64,000 bases of DNA from assembly GCA_030390025.1 (NCBI GenBank), contig CM059432.1, positions 106,456,001-106,520,000 of the forward strand, given 5' to 3'. Source of the stretch: Squalus acanthias (taxonomy: Eukaryota). The position numbers were made by a program, and so were the translations under genes. Below the pieces are notes generated by a model. It had not been told where the DNA came from. It did no database searches and saw only the letters and a list, made by a program, of their open reading frames with translations. Shown here piece after piece: positions 37,719-50,491 of the stretch (its first letter is position 1; each line of letters opens with the position of its first letter).

Positions 37719-38483
37719 GTAAAAAATAATTTGCTCTGTGGTTTGTAGACCTATTCAGTGTTCTACAACAAAGGTTTTCACTAATATTTTCACATCCACT
37801 ATCTGCCTTCCTTTTCATTTGGAAAGTTGGTTTAGGCAGCTTATGTTTCACATACATTAACTCTGATCAGTTTGCATTTTTATATTGGGATTTCAAAATA
37901 CTTCTGTTGCAGATATAAACCTGCGCTGTTCAGTTTCATAGGTTTTTTTTCTTCACTCTTCGCCCCAGCTCCTTCTCCCCGCTCCTCTTCTCTCCTAATC
38001 CCCTCTTCTCTTCTCAGCTTATTTTTGACTAACAAAAGTTAATTCAGTGCTGCCCTTTCATTTCCACTCATTCTCCTTTCCCTGCCTGCCCTTTTTAAGG
38101 ATTTTGTTTTAAATTTGGGGCCTGAACAATTTAAGATTTTGTTTTAAGTTTAGTTCTTTGAGAATTGTTTTAAAGTTATTTGGCAGAAGGTACATTCTGT
38201 CACTGGCTATGTTCACCAGGAACTTTTCCAGCTGATAAAACACTACTGTTAACTCTTCCAAAGAATGAAGAAACTGGGCTGCTTCTTCTAAAACAGGTGC
38301 AAAGGTTTAGCTCCAAAAGGAGGATTTGTCTTTTAAAAATGTGAACTTGCATGGCAAATACAAAAGAAATGGAGTACTGTTGGTTACATTGTAGAAAGCA
38401 GCTGCTTTCGGGGAGTAATGCAGATTGTAAATGTCTGTGCCAAGGCATCCGAGATCCAGCAACTGGTACTTGCATATTGGTTA

Positions 38484-38850
38484 GAACATAGGATATAGAA
38501 AAATAGGAGCAGGAGTAGGCCATTCGGCCCTTCGAGCCTACTCCGCCATTCAATATGATCATGGCTGATCCTCTATCTCAATACCATATTCTTGCTCTCT
38601 CCCCATACCCCTTGATGCCTTTTGTGTCTAGAAATCTATCTATCTCCTTCTTAAATATATTCAGTGACTTGTCCTCCACAGCCTCCTGTGGTAGAGAATT
38701 CCACAGGTTCACCACCCTCTGAGTGAAGAAATTTCTCCTCATCTCAGTCCTAAATGTCCTACCCCGTATCCTGAGACTGTAACCCCTCGTTCTAGACCCC
38801 CCAGCCAGGGGAAACATCCTCACTGCATCCAGTCTGTCTAGCCCTGTCTA
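38484..38850 (-). mobile_element. CR1/HER1 3' fragment
   Basis: FRTEMRRNFFTQRVVNLWNSLP; tail agaacataggatatagaaaaataggagcaggagtaggcc. Confidence 0.9.
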
Positions 38851-40059
38851 GTTGTGGTAATAGATCTTGTATTAGCTATAATTACCCAAAAGTTAATAAA
38901 ATTGGATTTCCTTTTCAGTCACGTTCTGTTTGACTATTGCAAAAGTGTCTGTCTTATAATTGTTGGTCTACTGCTGCTATTGTGACCATGTATTTTAAAG
39001 ATGGATGTAAGAATTGTTTCCTTAGCTGCTGCTGTTATATAAATATACTAAAGCATTCTTCTCTGCATATATGCACATTTACTTTTGAAAATACTTGTCC
39101 TTGGTGTGAGAATGGGTAGAACAGCTCATAAGAAAGCAGGAAGCAAGAAAAAAGCCATTTAACGGACCAGAAATCCACAGACTACACTCTCCCCTACGGT
39201 GGATTCTGCACCACCCATTTTATCACTACAATGGTATTTGAACAAAGCTCCAAAACATCTGTGGGAAGCAATTCACAAAAGGTGAAATACAAAGGTGTGA
39301 CAGATAACGTTTTTGTGGTCCCAGGAGCACAAGGAATATTTGATATCCAAGTCTTTCTCTGGCCTCTCAGCTGCCACTGACCCATGTTTAGTAACATCAG
39401 CCTATTGAGAATTGTCTGGACAGAACTCTGGAGCTAGGATTCTAAATGCATCGAGGGGGATCCCTCCGCACAAGTAGACCTGTAATGCACAGCAGAGTAA
39501 GCTTTCTCTGCCCCCCCGAATTTGAGCGCAACAAGTATGCGCACAGCTCCGAACTGTACAGACCAAGACTTCTGCTTCAATCCCTCATCTGCGCTGAGAT
39601 TGCTGATTTGGAGTAGGGATGCTACTATTATCCTTGGTGCCTCCAGGTTAAGGAAGGGGGAAAATCTGCTAGGGTTCCCATTCTTGATCACTATCCAGTG
39701 ACTCCTACTGGAAAGTGAGAGTGGCTGCTGGTGCTGTGGAATTCTACCATTGCATGGATCATTGCCTTCAGAAGAGGAAGGGAAAAATTGAGTTGCAGTC
39801 ATGTTAACTGTCTAGTGTCTTCTCCTGCACGACCAACATTCCAAGGAGGAAAGCTCGAGAATCTTTAGTCTAGACTGGAATTATCTAAGTCCTAGTGGAC
39901 AGACAGAAGAGATAACATTTTGAGTTAAAGGAAAAAGCTTCTCTTGCTAACTTTCTTCCCTCTTTTCTTGATGGCATTGACTCTCCACTGGGTTATGTTT
40001 GCACGGATAACCGTTGCCCTCTGCTACCCCATCCTCGTGGCAGCCCTTTTAAAAAAAAT

Positions 40060-40395
40060 TTGTTTACAGGATGTGGGTGTCACTGGCAAGGCCAGCATTT
40101 ATTGCCCATCCCTAATTGCCCTTTTGTGGCTTGCTGGGCCATTTCGGAGGGTAGTTAAGAGTCAACCACATTGCTGTGGGTCAGGAGTCACAGAGGCCAG
40201 ACTGGGTAAGGACGGCAGATTTCCTTCCCTAAAGGACATTAGTGAAACCAGATGGGTTTTTACAACAATTAGGTAGTTTCACGGTCCCCATTACTGATAC
40301 TAGCCTTTTATTTCAGATTTATTTAATTAACTGAATTTAAATTCCCCAGCTGCCATTGTGGGATTTGAACTCTTGTCCACTGGATCATTAGTTCA
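40060..40395 (-). mobile_element. SINE-sized derivative of the 7850-11300 LINE (5' leader joined to 3' tail)
   Basis: Reverse complement matches 7900-7988 and 8235-8400, then joins directly to the 11230-11300 tail sequence. Confidence 0.8.
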
Positions 40396-40590
40396 CACCA
40401 TCCCGACTTGGACATATATTGCCATTCCTTCATAGTCGCTGGATCAAAATCCTGGCATTCCTCATGTGGGAGTACCTTCACCACACGGACTACAGCAGTT
40501 AAGACAGCCCAGCGACACCTTCTCTAGGGCAACGGGAGATGGGCAATAAATGTCGGCCTTGCCAGTGATGCCCACATCCAGAGAATGAAA
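40396..40590 (+). mobile_element. 3' tail fragment of the same LINE family in the opposite orientation
   Basis: Matches 11085-11295. Confidence 0.8.
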
Positions 40591-40949
40591 TGTTTTTTCA
40601 ATTCAGGAATGGGAACCCTGGCTCATCTACACTCCCCAGCTCCACATTTGAAGTGCCCCTATTGTTCCGCAGGCTGAGATCCACTAACTTGGCATAGACT
40701 GAAATTCGAATCCGTGATCTTTTGTAGACTGTGACTCAGTTACTCGGCTTTGCGCTCGGGGAGCAAACTGAATACTTTTCTGGAACTTTTGAGGATTTTA
40801 TAATGTGCTAAAATTAGAATGTCATTCAGGTGATAAATGTAATAATTAAAACCTATTGAAATAATGCATATTTCCAGCAATTAATGTTTGACTTTTCAAC
40901 TTGGTGAAGCTTGACTGACTGAATTGACTTTTGGTCTGTCTTTGTATAG

Positions 40950-41087
40950 TGAGCCCAACTAAGGAAATCAAGATTGTTTCCGCTGTCCGACGGTGTAGCA
41001 TGAGCAGCAGTTGCGGCAGCAGTGGTTATTACAGCAGTAGTCCCACCCCCAGCAGCAGTCCCCCTGTGTTGTCCAATCCAAAGTCTG
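40950..41087 (+). CDS. DEPTOR: DEPTOR coding exon 6 (Ser-rich linker with beta-TrCP phosphodegron)
   Basis: tatag| acceptor and |gtaag donor; 138 bp, phase 1-1, encoding (V)SPTKEIKIVSAVRRCSMSSSCGSSGYYSSSPTPSSSPPVLSNPKS; SSGYYS corresponds to mammalian SSGYFS. Confidence 0.97.
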
Positions 41088-42159
41088 GTAAGAGCACATA
41101 TCTATGTGACCACATCGAGTTCCTGATGGTTCTGTGTAGAAGGTGCTGAAGGAGCTACAAATGATAGATAGCTCGAGTATTTGAGTGGAATGGAGTGCAA
41201 GACATAGTTTATGATTTACTAATTATGTTGAAAGGAATAGCTTCAGATTTCTATGTATATTATATAGTGAAACTCTTCAAATGATTAACGTCAGTGTTTT
41301 TATCTGTTCATCAATTCTTTGTATTTGATGGCACAGGCGACAACTCAGCACCACATAGTTACTTCCCAGTATTTTGCTTTTTGTGAGGACTTTGATGGAT
41401 GTCAGTGATTAAAGCAATGAGTACTGACCTATAAGGATCTAGAAGACTTTAAAAAGGAGGGCAGAAGGGGTTCCTGGGGTAAGGCCAGGTATCTTCCATC
41501 ACGGATTACATTAAAAAGGACAAGTGTCCAAGACACTCTCGTACCTCCTAGCCAAAAGAGACTTGACAACAAGTCTCGCACACCTTTGCCAGAATTTAAC
41601 TTTTTAAAAACAGCAGCATGCTGGATATTTGGCACCCCAGCAATTCATTCAATTAAACAATTGGACTAAAACAGCAAAATTGTTTCCTGATGGAAGAGTA
41701 AAAAAACTTCCGCATCAGTGAAGAGCAAAAATACAATAGGAATTCTACCATATGGATTAAGTAATAGTTGCTGTAGAGGGAAAAGTTGGATCAATCTGTT
41801 TATAACTATCAATTCTTCTAAATGTGAAGCAGGCTTTCCCACTTTATACTAATGCTGACCTTTTTACTGATTTATTCAGAGGAAAGTACATCTGCATATC
41901 CCCTTCAACATCTAATGTAGAACAGCATATAGAATTAAAACATTATTCAAACTGCCCTGGTGGTTCAATGGTAAAGGTGATATGCAACAGTTGCACAGAC
42001 CAGATCTCAGCCTGTTGCTAAACCACTTGATCTCAACAGCTCACATTTGGAAAATGTGTTACTAGTTTGCTGTTTTCTCTGGTATAATTTGTTTTAATCC
42101 TTTGATTTTCTAGTATAATTCTTCTCTTTGGCAAGCTATTTCTTTTTGTTACCATTACC

Positions 42160-43160
42160 TTTGGAGTTCCCCAAGAATCTAGCCTTGGGGCCCCTCCTTT
42201 CTCATCTGCATGCTGTCCCTCAGCGACATCATCCAAAAATAGGTCAGGTTCCACAAGTACGCTGACGACACCCAACTCTACCTCACCAGCAGCTCTCTCA
42301 ACCCCTCCATTGTCTCTAATTTGTCACACGGCTTGTCCGACAGCCAGTAGTGGGCAAGCAGAAATTTCCTCCAACTGAATATTGGGAAGACTGAAGCTTT
42401 TGTCTTCGGATCCTGCCACAAACTTCGTGCTTTAGCCACCCTGGCAACGGCCTGAGGCTGAACGAGACCATTCGGAAACTTGGTGTCGTATTTGATTCCG
42501 AGATGAGCTTCCAACCACATATCCGCTCCATCACCAAGACTGCCTACTTCCACCTCCGTAACATCGCCTGACTCCGCCTCTGTCTCAGCTCATCTGCTGC
42601 TGAAATGCTCATTTGTGCCTTTGTTACCTATAGACATGACTATTCCAATGCACTCCTGGCTGGCCTCCCATCTTGCACCCGACATAGACTTGAGCTCATC
42701 CAAACCTCTGCTGCCCATATCCGAACTTGCACCAAGTCCCGTTCACACATCACCCCTGTGCTCGCTGACCTACATTGGCTCCTGGTCCGGCAATGCCTCA
42801 ATTTTATAATCCTCATCCTTGTTTTCAAATCCCGCCATGGCCTCGCCCCTCCCTATCTCTATAGCTTCCACTGGCCCTACAAGCCTTAGATCTCTGTGCT
42901 CCTCCTCCAATTCTGACCTCTTGTGCATCCCCGATTTTCATCGCTCCACCATTGAGGGCCTTGCCTTCGGCTGCCTCGGCCCTAAGCTCTGGAATTCCCT
43001 CCCTAACCTCTCCACCTCTCTACTTCTCTCCCCTCTCTTTAACCAAGCTTTTGGTTATCTGTCCGAATGTGGCTTGGTGTCCAAAATTTGTTAACGCTCC
43101 TGTGAAACGTCTTGGGACGTATTACTACGTTAAAGGTGCTACATAAGTGCAAGTTGTTGT
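42160..43160 (+). mobile_element. L2-type LINE 3' fragment
   Basis: ggagttccccaa (GVPQ), tacgctgacgac (YADD), HITPVLADLHWL; tail gcaagttgttg. Confidence 0.88.
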
Positions 43161-43601
43161 ATGGGCTTGGTCAATAGAAGTATTATTGGGCACTATTAGC
43201 CTATATTTTAAAATGTATTTCTCTTTATTGATGGGGAAATTGCATTTGAGATTTTTTTTTTCAAATAATTCAACTTAATATTTTGAGAAAAATCCAATGG
43301 TTAAAAAATGGCTGTTTTATCATGCCATTGGATTGATATTTTTTGTAATGAACAAGTTTGCCAGTGTTACGCTTTTTCTTTTTCTTTTATAATGTAAGCT
43401 GCATTACAGTAATTCAAAGACACTGCTTAGCTTTGATAAATAGTGACAAATAAGAGACTCATTTCCACTCGTAACTGTGACTAAAGAAATGTTCTAATTT
43501 TACAACTGTAATAGTAGCTGAAGAGACCAGTTGCATGAATTGAAGGCTGTACTGGCTATGAATCGTGGGTTAGCTTCAGAATTCTACATTGTTTGTTTCA
43601 G

Positions 43602-43672
43602 TGCTAAAGAGGCCCGTAACTACAGAGGAACTCCTAACCCCCGGTGCCCCATATATGAAGAAGACACTTACA
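43602..43672 (+). CDS. DEPTOR: DEPTOR coding exon 7
   Basis: tttcag| acceptor and |gtaagt donor; 71 bp encoding (V)LKRPVTTEELLTPGAPYMKKTLT. Confidence 0.96.
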
Positions 43673-43897
43673 GTAAGTCCTGTGATTTAAATTGTATACA
43701 ATCCTCCATTCTACTGCAGCCTACAATAATTAATCTATTACTATTTTAGAGCGATGAAATCTTTTAACTTTATTTATTACAATTGAGCAGTGTTGCATAC
43801 TTGAGATTCTGATATATGTAGAACAAAAGGCCCAATTTATACTTAGGTAGCTTGTCCGTGTTAAATATATTAAGGAGCCTCATCAAAGCAGATTTTA

Positions 43898-44560
43898 AGA
43901 ACATAACATCAGAAATATGAGCAGGAGTAGGTCATTTGGCCCTTCGAGCCTGCTCTGCCATTCAGTAAGATCATGGCTGATCATCGACCTCCACTCCACT
44001 TTCCTGCACTATCCCCCATATCCCTTGATTCCCTTAACATCCAAAAATCTATCGATCTCTGTCTTGAATATACTCAACGACTGAGCCTCCACAGCCCTCT
44101 GGGGTAGAGAATTCCAAAGATTCACCACACTCTCTGAGTGAAGAAATCTCTCCTCATCTCAGTCCTTATTCTGAGACTCTGACCCCTGGTTCTCGACTCC
44201 CCAGCCAGGGGAAACATCCTCCCTGCATCTACCCTGTCAAGCCCTGTAAGAATTTTGTAGGTTTCAATGAGATCACCTCTCATTCTTCTAAACTCTAGAG
44301 AATATAGGCCTAGTCTACTCAATCTCTCCTCAAAGGACAATCCCCCCATCCCAGGAACCAGTCTGGTGAACCTTAGTTGCACTCCCTCTATGGCAAGTAT
44401 ATCCTTCCTTAGGTAAGGAGATCAAATCTGTACACAATACTCCAGGTGTAGTCTCACCAGGGCCCTATATAATTGCAGTAAGACATCTTTACTCTTATAC
44501 TCAAATCCTCTTGTAATAAAGGCCAACATACCATTTGCTTTCCTAATTGCTTGCTGTACA
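43898..44560 (-). mobile_element. CR1/HER1 3' fragment in intron 7
   Basis: LGLYSLEFRRMRGDLIE; CR1-type tail. Confidence 0.9.
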
Positions 44561-44744
44561 TTTTGAGCAGTTATGTTTTGATTATGGGCCAAGACGGTCA
44601 CTGCATGCATTTAAAAAGAAATAATTTTGGAAAAGTACAAATGCCAGTTTAAGCATTAGAAATGTCTTTTTTTTAAAGCGGACTTTGGATGAAGTTTTGA
44701 TAATGCCTTTTTTTTAAACTTTCGCTAAATTGGCTTCTTTGCAG

Positions 44745-44849
44745 ATTGTGGGAGATGCAGTCGGCTGGGGATTTGTTGTACGTGGAAACAAACCATGCCA
44801 TATTCAAGCAGTGGATCCCAGTGGTCCTGCTGCTGCAGCTGGAATGAAG
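44745..44849 (+). CDS. DEPTOR: DEPTOR coding exon 8 (PDZ domain, N-terminal half)
   Basis: tttgcag| acceptor and |gtaatt donor; 105 bp encoding IVGDAVGWGFVVRGNKPCHIQAVDPSGPAAAAGMK. Confidence 0.97.
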
Positions 44850-45332
44850 GTAATTTTTTTCCCTGATGCACAATAAACACAGATGGCCAAATGTTAAGTA
44901 TTTCTGAGAAGCATTCAGGCTTTTAGTTCCAAGTTTGTGGGTTTTTTTGAGGTTTAAACTTCAACATCCAAAAAATTACATAAGGTTCCACATGTACAAT
45001 TCTATGGTACAATTTTAAAGTGGGTGCAGGAACAGAGACCTGGGGGTTCAGATACACAAATCTTTGAAGGTGGCAGGACAAGTCAATAAAGCTGTTTTTT
45101 TAAAAAAAACATATGGGATCCTTTGCTGTATAAATAGAGCCTTCGAGGACAAAAGCAAGCAAGTTATGGTAAACCTTTATAAATTGCTGGTTAGGGCTCG
45201 GCTGCAGTCAAGTAATACTTGTTTTGGACATTATCATTGCTATTCAAAGTAAATTTTGATTTTATTAAGAACTGCTGACTGGAACACCTTTGCTGCAGAT
45301 TGACCACATTGCAATTATAATTCACTTTTCCA

Positions 45333-46337
45333 GAACATAAGAACATAAGAAATAGGAGCAGGAGTAGGCCATTTAGCCCTTCAAGCCTGCTCTGCCATTC
45401 AATAAGATCATGGCTGATCTTCTACCTCATCTCCACTTTCCTGCACTATCCCCATAGCCCTTGATTCCCTTAATATTCAAAAATCTATCGATCTCTGCCT
45501 TGAATATACTCAACGACTGAGCCTCCACAGCCCTCTGGGGTAGAGAATTCCAAAGATTCACCACCCTCTGAGTGAAGAAATTTCTCCTCATCTCAGTCCT
45601 AAATGGCCGACCCCTTATTCTGAGACTGTAACCCCTGGTGCTAGACTCCCTAGCCAGGGGAAGCATCCTCCCTGCATCTACCCTGTCAAGCCCTGTAAGA
45701 ATTTTGTATGTTTCAATGAGATCACCTCTCATTCTTCTAAACTCCAGAGAATCTAGGCCTAATCTCCCCAGTCTGTCCTCATAGGACAATCCCCCCATCC
45801 CAGGAACCAGTCTGGTGAACCTTCGTTGCACTCCCTCTATGGCAAGTATATCCTTCCTTAGGTAAGGAGACCAAAACTGTACACAATACTCCAGGTGTGG
45901 TCTCACCAGGGCCCTATATAATTGCAGTAAGACATCTTTACTCTTATTCTCAAATCCTCTTGTAATAAAGGCCAACATACCATTTGCTTTCCTAATTGCT
46001 TGCTGTACCTGCATGTTAACTTTCAGTGATTCGTGTACAAGGACACCCAGGTCCCTCTGAACACCAACATTTCCCAATCTCTCGCCATTTAAAAAAATAC
46101 TCTGCTTTTCTATTTTTCCTACCAAAGTGGATAACTTCACATTTCTCCACATTATTTGCTCTGTTCTTGCCCACTCATTTAGCTTGTCTATATCCCCTTG
46201 AAGCTTCCTTGCATCCTCCTCACAACTTATATTCCCATCCAGCTTTGTATCATCAGCAAACTTGGATATATTACATTTGGTCCCCTCATCCAAATCATTG
46301 ATGTAGATTGTGAATAGCTGAGGCCTAAGCACTGATC
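45333..46337 (-). mobile_element. CR1/HER1 LINE, 5'-truncated, frame still open for about 300 aa
   Basis: ORF 45427-46353 with KFADD and C-terminal CR1 motifs; tail agaacataagaacataagaa. Confidence 0.93.
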
Positions 46338-46514
46338 GGAACTGCTTGATCATTGTCTGTAACCATCATTATAGCAATTGTAATTCCATTATGTTTTTGG
46401 GATTCATATACAGATATTCAGATAAATGATTTCTGGTCAGGATTCAAAATGTCTTAGCTTTTTGCCTGCCAATTGGGTGAATTAAATTACTAAATCGAGT
46501 TCTAAATAGTGCCT

Positions 46515-47890
46515 TCACCTTCACATGGTCCATCTCCGACTCTTCCCTTCCCTTCCTCGACTTCTCCGTCTCCATCTCTGGGGATAGGTTATTGACTAAC
46601 ATTCATTACAAGCCCACTGACTCCCACAGCTACCTGGACTACACTTCCTCCCACTCCGCCTCCTGTAAGGACTCTATTCCATTCTCCCAGTTTCTCCGTC
46701 TCCGCCGCATCTGCTCTGACGATGCCACCTTCCATACCAGTGCTTCCGACATGTCTTCCTTTTACCTCAACCGAGGATTCCCCTCTACCGTGGTTGACAC
46801 GGCCCTCGACCGTGTCCGTTCTATCTCCCGCACTTCTGCCCTCACCCCTGCCCCTCCCTCCCGGAACCACGATAGAGTTCCCCTTGTCCTCACCTTTCAC
46901 CCCACCAGCCTCCACATTCAGCGGATCATCCTCTGCCATTTCCGCCACCTCCAGCGTGATCCCACCACCAAACGCATCTTCCCCTCCCCTCCCCTTTCAG
47001 CATTCCACAGGGACCGCTCCCTCCGCGACACCCTAGTCCACTCCTCTACCACCCCCAGCACCCCTTCCCCTTCGCCTGGCACCTTCCTGTGCAAGCGCAG
47101 GAGATGCAACACATGCCCTTATACCTCCCCTCTTCCCACTGTCCAGGGCCCCAAACACCCCTTCCAGGTGAAACAGCGATTTACTTGTACTTCCTGCAAT
47201 TTAATATACTGTATTCGCTGCTCACGATGTGGTCTCCTCTACATTGGGGAGACCAAACGCAGATTGGGTGACCGCTTTGCGGAACACCTCTGTTCAGTCC
47301 GTAAGGGTGACCCCGAGCTCCCGGTGGCCTGTCACTTTAATTCACCGCTCCACTCCCACTCAGACCTCACCGTCCTCGGCCTCTTGCATTGTTCCACAGA
47401 AGCTCAGCGTAAGCTCGAGGAACAGCACCTCATCTTTCGTTTAGGCACTTTACAGCCCTCTGGACTCAACATCGAGTTCAACACTTTCAGATCATAACCT
47501 TGGCCCCTATCACATTTTTTTATTTTATTTTTTCATCCACCCTTTTGTTTGGCCTTTTTTTTCCCTCCCAGAAGCTGGCAGCTATCCTTCATTCTGCCAG
47601 CCCAGTTCACACTTCCTCTAGCCTCAACCTGTCACATTAACACCTCCTCTTGCCTTGATTATCTCTTTATGTCTCTTAATCTCTCCTGCTTTCTATCCCA
47701 CCACTGACCTTGCCTTTTGTTCTTTCATCCCCTCCCCCTTTTCCCAGCATTATACTTGCTTTAAATGTATTTCATTTCCTGCTTTTTTCCAGTTCTGACG
47801 AAAGGTCTTCGACCTGAAACGTTAACTCTGTTTCTCTCTCCATGGATGCTGCCTGGCCTGCTGAGTTTTTCCAGCATTTTCTGTTGTTAT
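46515..47890 (+). mobile_element. Penelope-like element (Neptune type), 5'-truncated, with 15-bp TSD
   Basis: TSD TTCTAAATAGTGCCT at 46500-46514 and 47891-47905; open frame to 47497 with LPFLD, YKPT, CKRRRCNTC, LIYCIRCSRCGLLYIGETKRRLGDRFAEH and PSGLN. Confidence 0.95.
47791..47827 (+). ncRNA. Minimal type I hammerhead ribozyme motif (sense to DEPTOR intron 8)
   Basis: AGTT-CTGACGA-A-AGGTC-TTC-GACCT-GAAAC-GTT-AACT: CUGANGA and GAAA boxes, 5-bp helix II, palindromic ACGU helix III, 4-bp helix I. Confidence 0.78.
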
Positions 47891-49479
47891 TTCTAAATAG
47901 TGCCTGTTGGCTTCAGTCGGTGCGAGTTGATTACTTATACAATTGTTTCTGGCTGAATTGATTGCAGTGAGAAAGGACAGCAGAAACTTGCAAACCACAT
48001 TCTTTATTCTTTTCTGACAAATTGCCTCCTCGCTCCTACTGAGGTGTTAACTGTGTGCTGGACTACAGTTCTCTTGGGAACTGGTTGCCCTTTGATATCT
48101 CGTCCCAAGTGGCCTTTATTCATATGAGTTTTGTCAGTGAATGTCGGCTAGCTATTCAACTGTGGGATGGGTGGGGGGGGCAATTGAAGCCAAGCCTAAT
48201 GCAATGAAGCCCTTAGACTACACGTGTACACAAGTGCTTCTTGTAACAGCTGCTGGATAGTGAGCAGGAAGAGGAACCCTGGCTTTCCCAACCCACTCTT
48301 TTTTTATTTTTCCTCCCCTCCCAGCCCCCACTCAAAACCACTGGGTGCTACAGCCAATTACAGTGCTCCTAACACTGCCTAAGTCAAAATCATCTCACTC
48401 AGCACAACAAGGATGGAATGTGGGACCTTCCTGATCTGCAAAGCCACTTGAGTTTACCAGCTGTTCTCTTCACTGTTCTAACTCGATAATTATTGTTTCT
48501 CTCAAAGTCAAATCCAAGCAACCAGTTTGCAGTTTGACCTAATTGAACTGAAGTTGCGTGCAGTGTGGTTTTGTAACAGCCAAACTTGAGAAGCCCACCA
48601 AACAAATCATATATGTTGTATTACATTTCGGCATGTATAGGAACTTTTCTTTGTTCCATGTTTTGTCCAAAGATCCTTTTTTTGTGGAATCTCTGAAGCT
48701 TTGCAAAGTCAAGCAAACCTGATCTATGGTGAATACTTCTCATAGTGAATGGTGCCCCTCCCTCCAGCTTCATAGAGCTACAGTGGCTCTGCAAAACTCT
48801 TTATGCAAAATGTACAGCCCTGCCAGATGATCAAGGTTCGCCTTTACAGTTCAAAGAGCATTGTTTTTATGTATCCCTCAATGCACTGGACTCCGTGAAT
48901 CAGAAGATACTTTTTTAAAACATTATATCATGTAAAGTATTTTAAGGCTACAAAATCTGTTTATTATTAAGTAAACAGTGGGTGAGTTCATCCAAATGCC
49001 AGTTAAGAGGCGAGAGACATTCTGGCTCCAATATTTTCTGTTCCAGAAGAACTCCTTTTGTTTTTTATACTTTTGGCACAACATATCACGGACAGGCAAT
49101 AAACGCTAGGCGTCTTGTTGTTCCTAAAATAACTAGTGGCTTTCCCGTGGCATTGCTCACAGTAGGATGGTTAATGCACTGCTTTATAAAGACATGTTAT
49201 GCCGTGTAATGCAGAATGCATTATTCTGTTCAGGATATCCTTTTCCTCTCCTAGTGGAAGCATTAGTCTGTCCAATGCCATTGACGAGTGTTGGATTGGA
49301 ACATGAAATGAGTTGGGGAGGAAATTATTAATTAAGGAGGTGGCTAGAAATAAATAAGGTAACATACTGGGAATGGGTGGGGGCATGAGATAAATAAATA
49401 ATGGAGCGGAAGCGGTAATAGATTAGAGTGAAATAAATAAATAAATCTCTTCCTCATTTACATGCTAGCTCTTGGGAAC

Positions 49480-50120
49480 ATCATCTCTGCAGGCATTGGG
49501 TCACCTTCCACATGTACTCTTGACACCCAGCTGTACCTCTCCACCACCTCTCTCGGCCCTTCCATTACCTCTGTACTATCAGACTGCATGTCCGACATTA
49601 GTCTTGGATGAACCTCCATTTTCTCCAGCTAAACATTGTCTTCGGCTTCCACCACAAACTCTGTACCCTTGTTACTGACTCAGTCCCCTTCCCTGGCCGC
49701 TATCACAGGCTGCATCAGATGGTTTGGAACCTCTGTCCTATTCGACCCCAAACGCAACATATCTTCTCCATTACAAAGACTGCCTACTTCTACTGCCATA
49801 ATATCCCCAACTGTACCTCAGCTGCAGACACCCTCGTTCATGCTTTATTACGCCACTGTTCCAATGCTGTCATGGCAAGCTTTCCATTTCCATTTCCCAC
49901 CGTCCGTAAACGTCTGCTCGTCTAAAGCTCTGCCTGTATTCCGTCCCGATCACCCTTCACCCCTTTCTTTGCTGACCCACATTGGCTCCTGGTGTCCCAC
50001 TGACTCAAATTTAAAATTCTCATCTGCTGCTTTGTGTCAGTGTTTGTTTCTTCCATACACCTCTGAATCGCCTTGCTGTTTTTCAATGTTCAAGGCACTA
50101 ACTAAATGCAAATTGTTGTC
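49480..50120 (+). mobile_element. Old degenerate L2-type fragment
   Basis: Diverged match to 42230-43160 (aagactgcctacttc, cacattggctcctggt, aaatgcaaattgttgt). Confidence 0.65.
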
Positions 50121-50491
50121 ATAGTAATGTGGAGTAAGGGGCTGGCATGAAAGAAAGAATGGAGCAAAAGGGAATTAGCAGCCAGGCAGAACCAAGCCAG
50201 GGGCCTGGTTTTTGCAGCTCTACATTGCATGGCACTATGGAGAATAGTAGTCTATCTTGAAGATTGTGCTAGGGAGGACTCTTAAGTATGCAACAATGCC
50301 ACCTAACTTTGGGCAAAAGTTTGGAAGATTAAATCAGAGGTAAGTAAAATGAGTAGATAAGTTTAATTGTGATAGAAAGCCATGATAGGCAGGTGTGTTA
50401 GAAGTAGGCATGAAAAAGTCTGACACTTGCAGGAAGTATTATAGTTAAGGTCTTGTGATTGAGCTCAGTGCCCCTAATTGGGAAAGGGACC

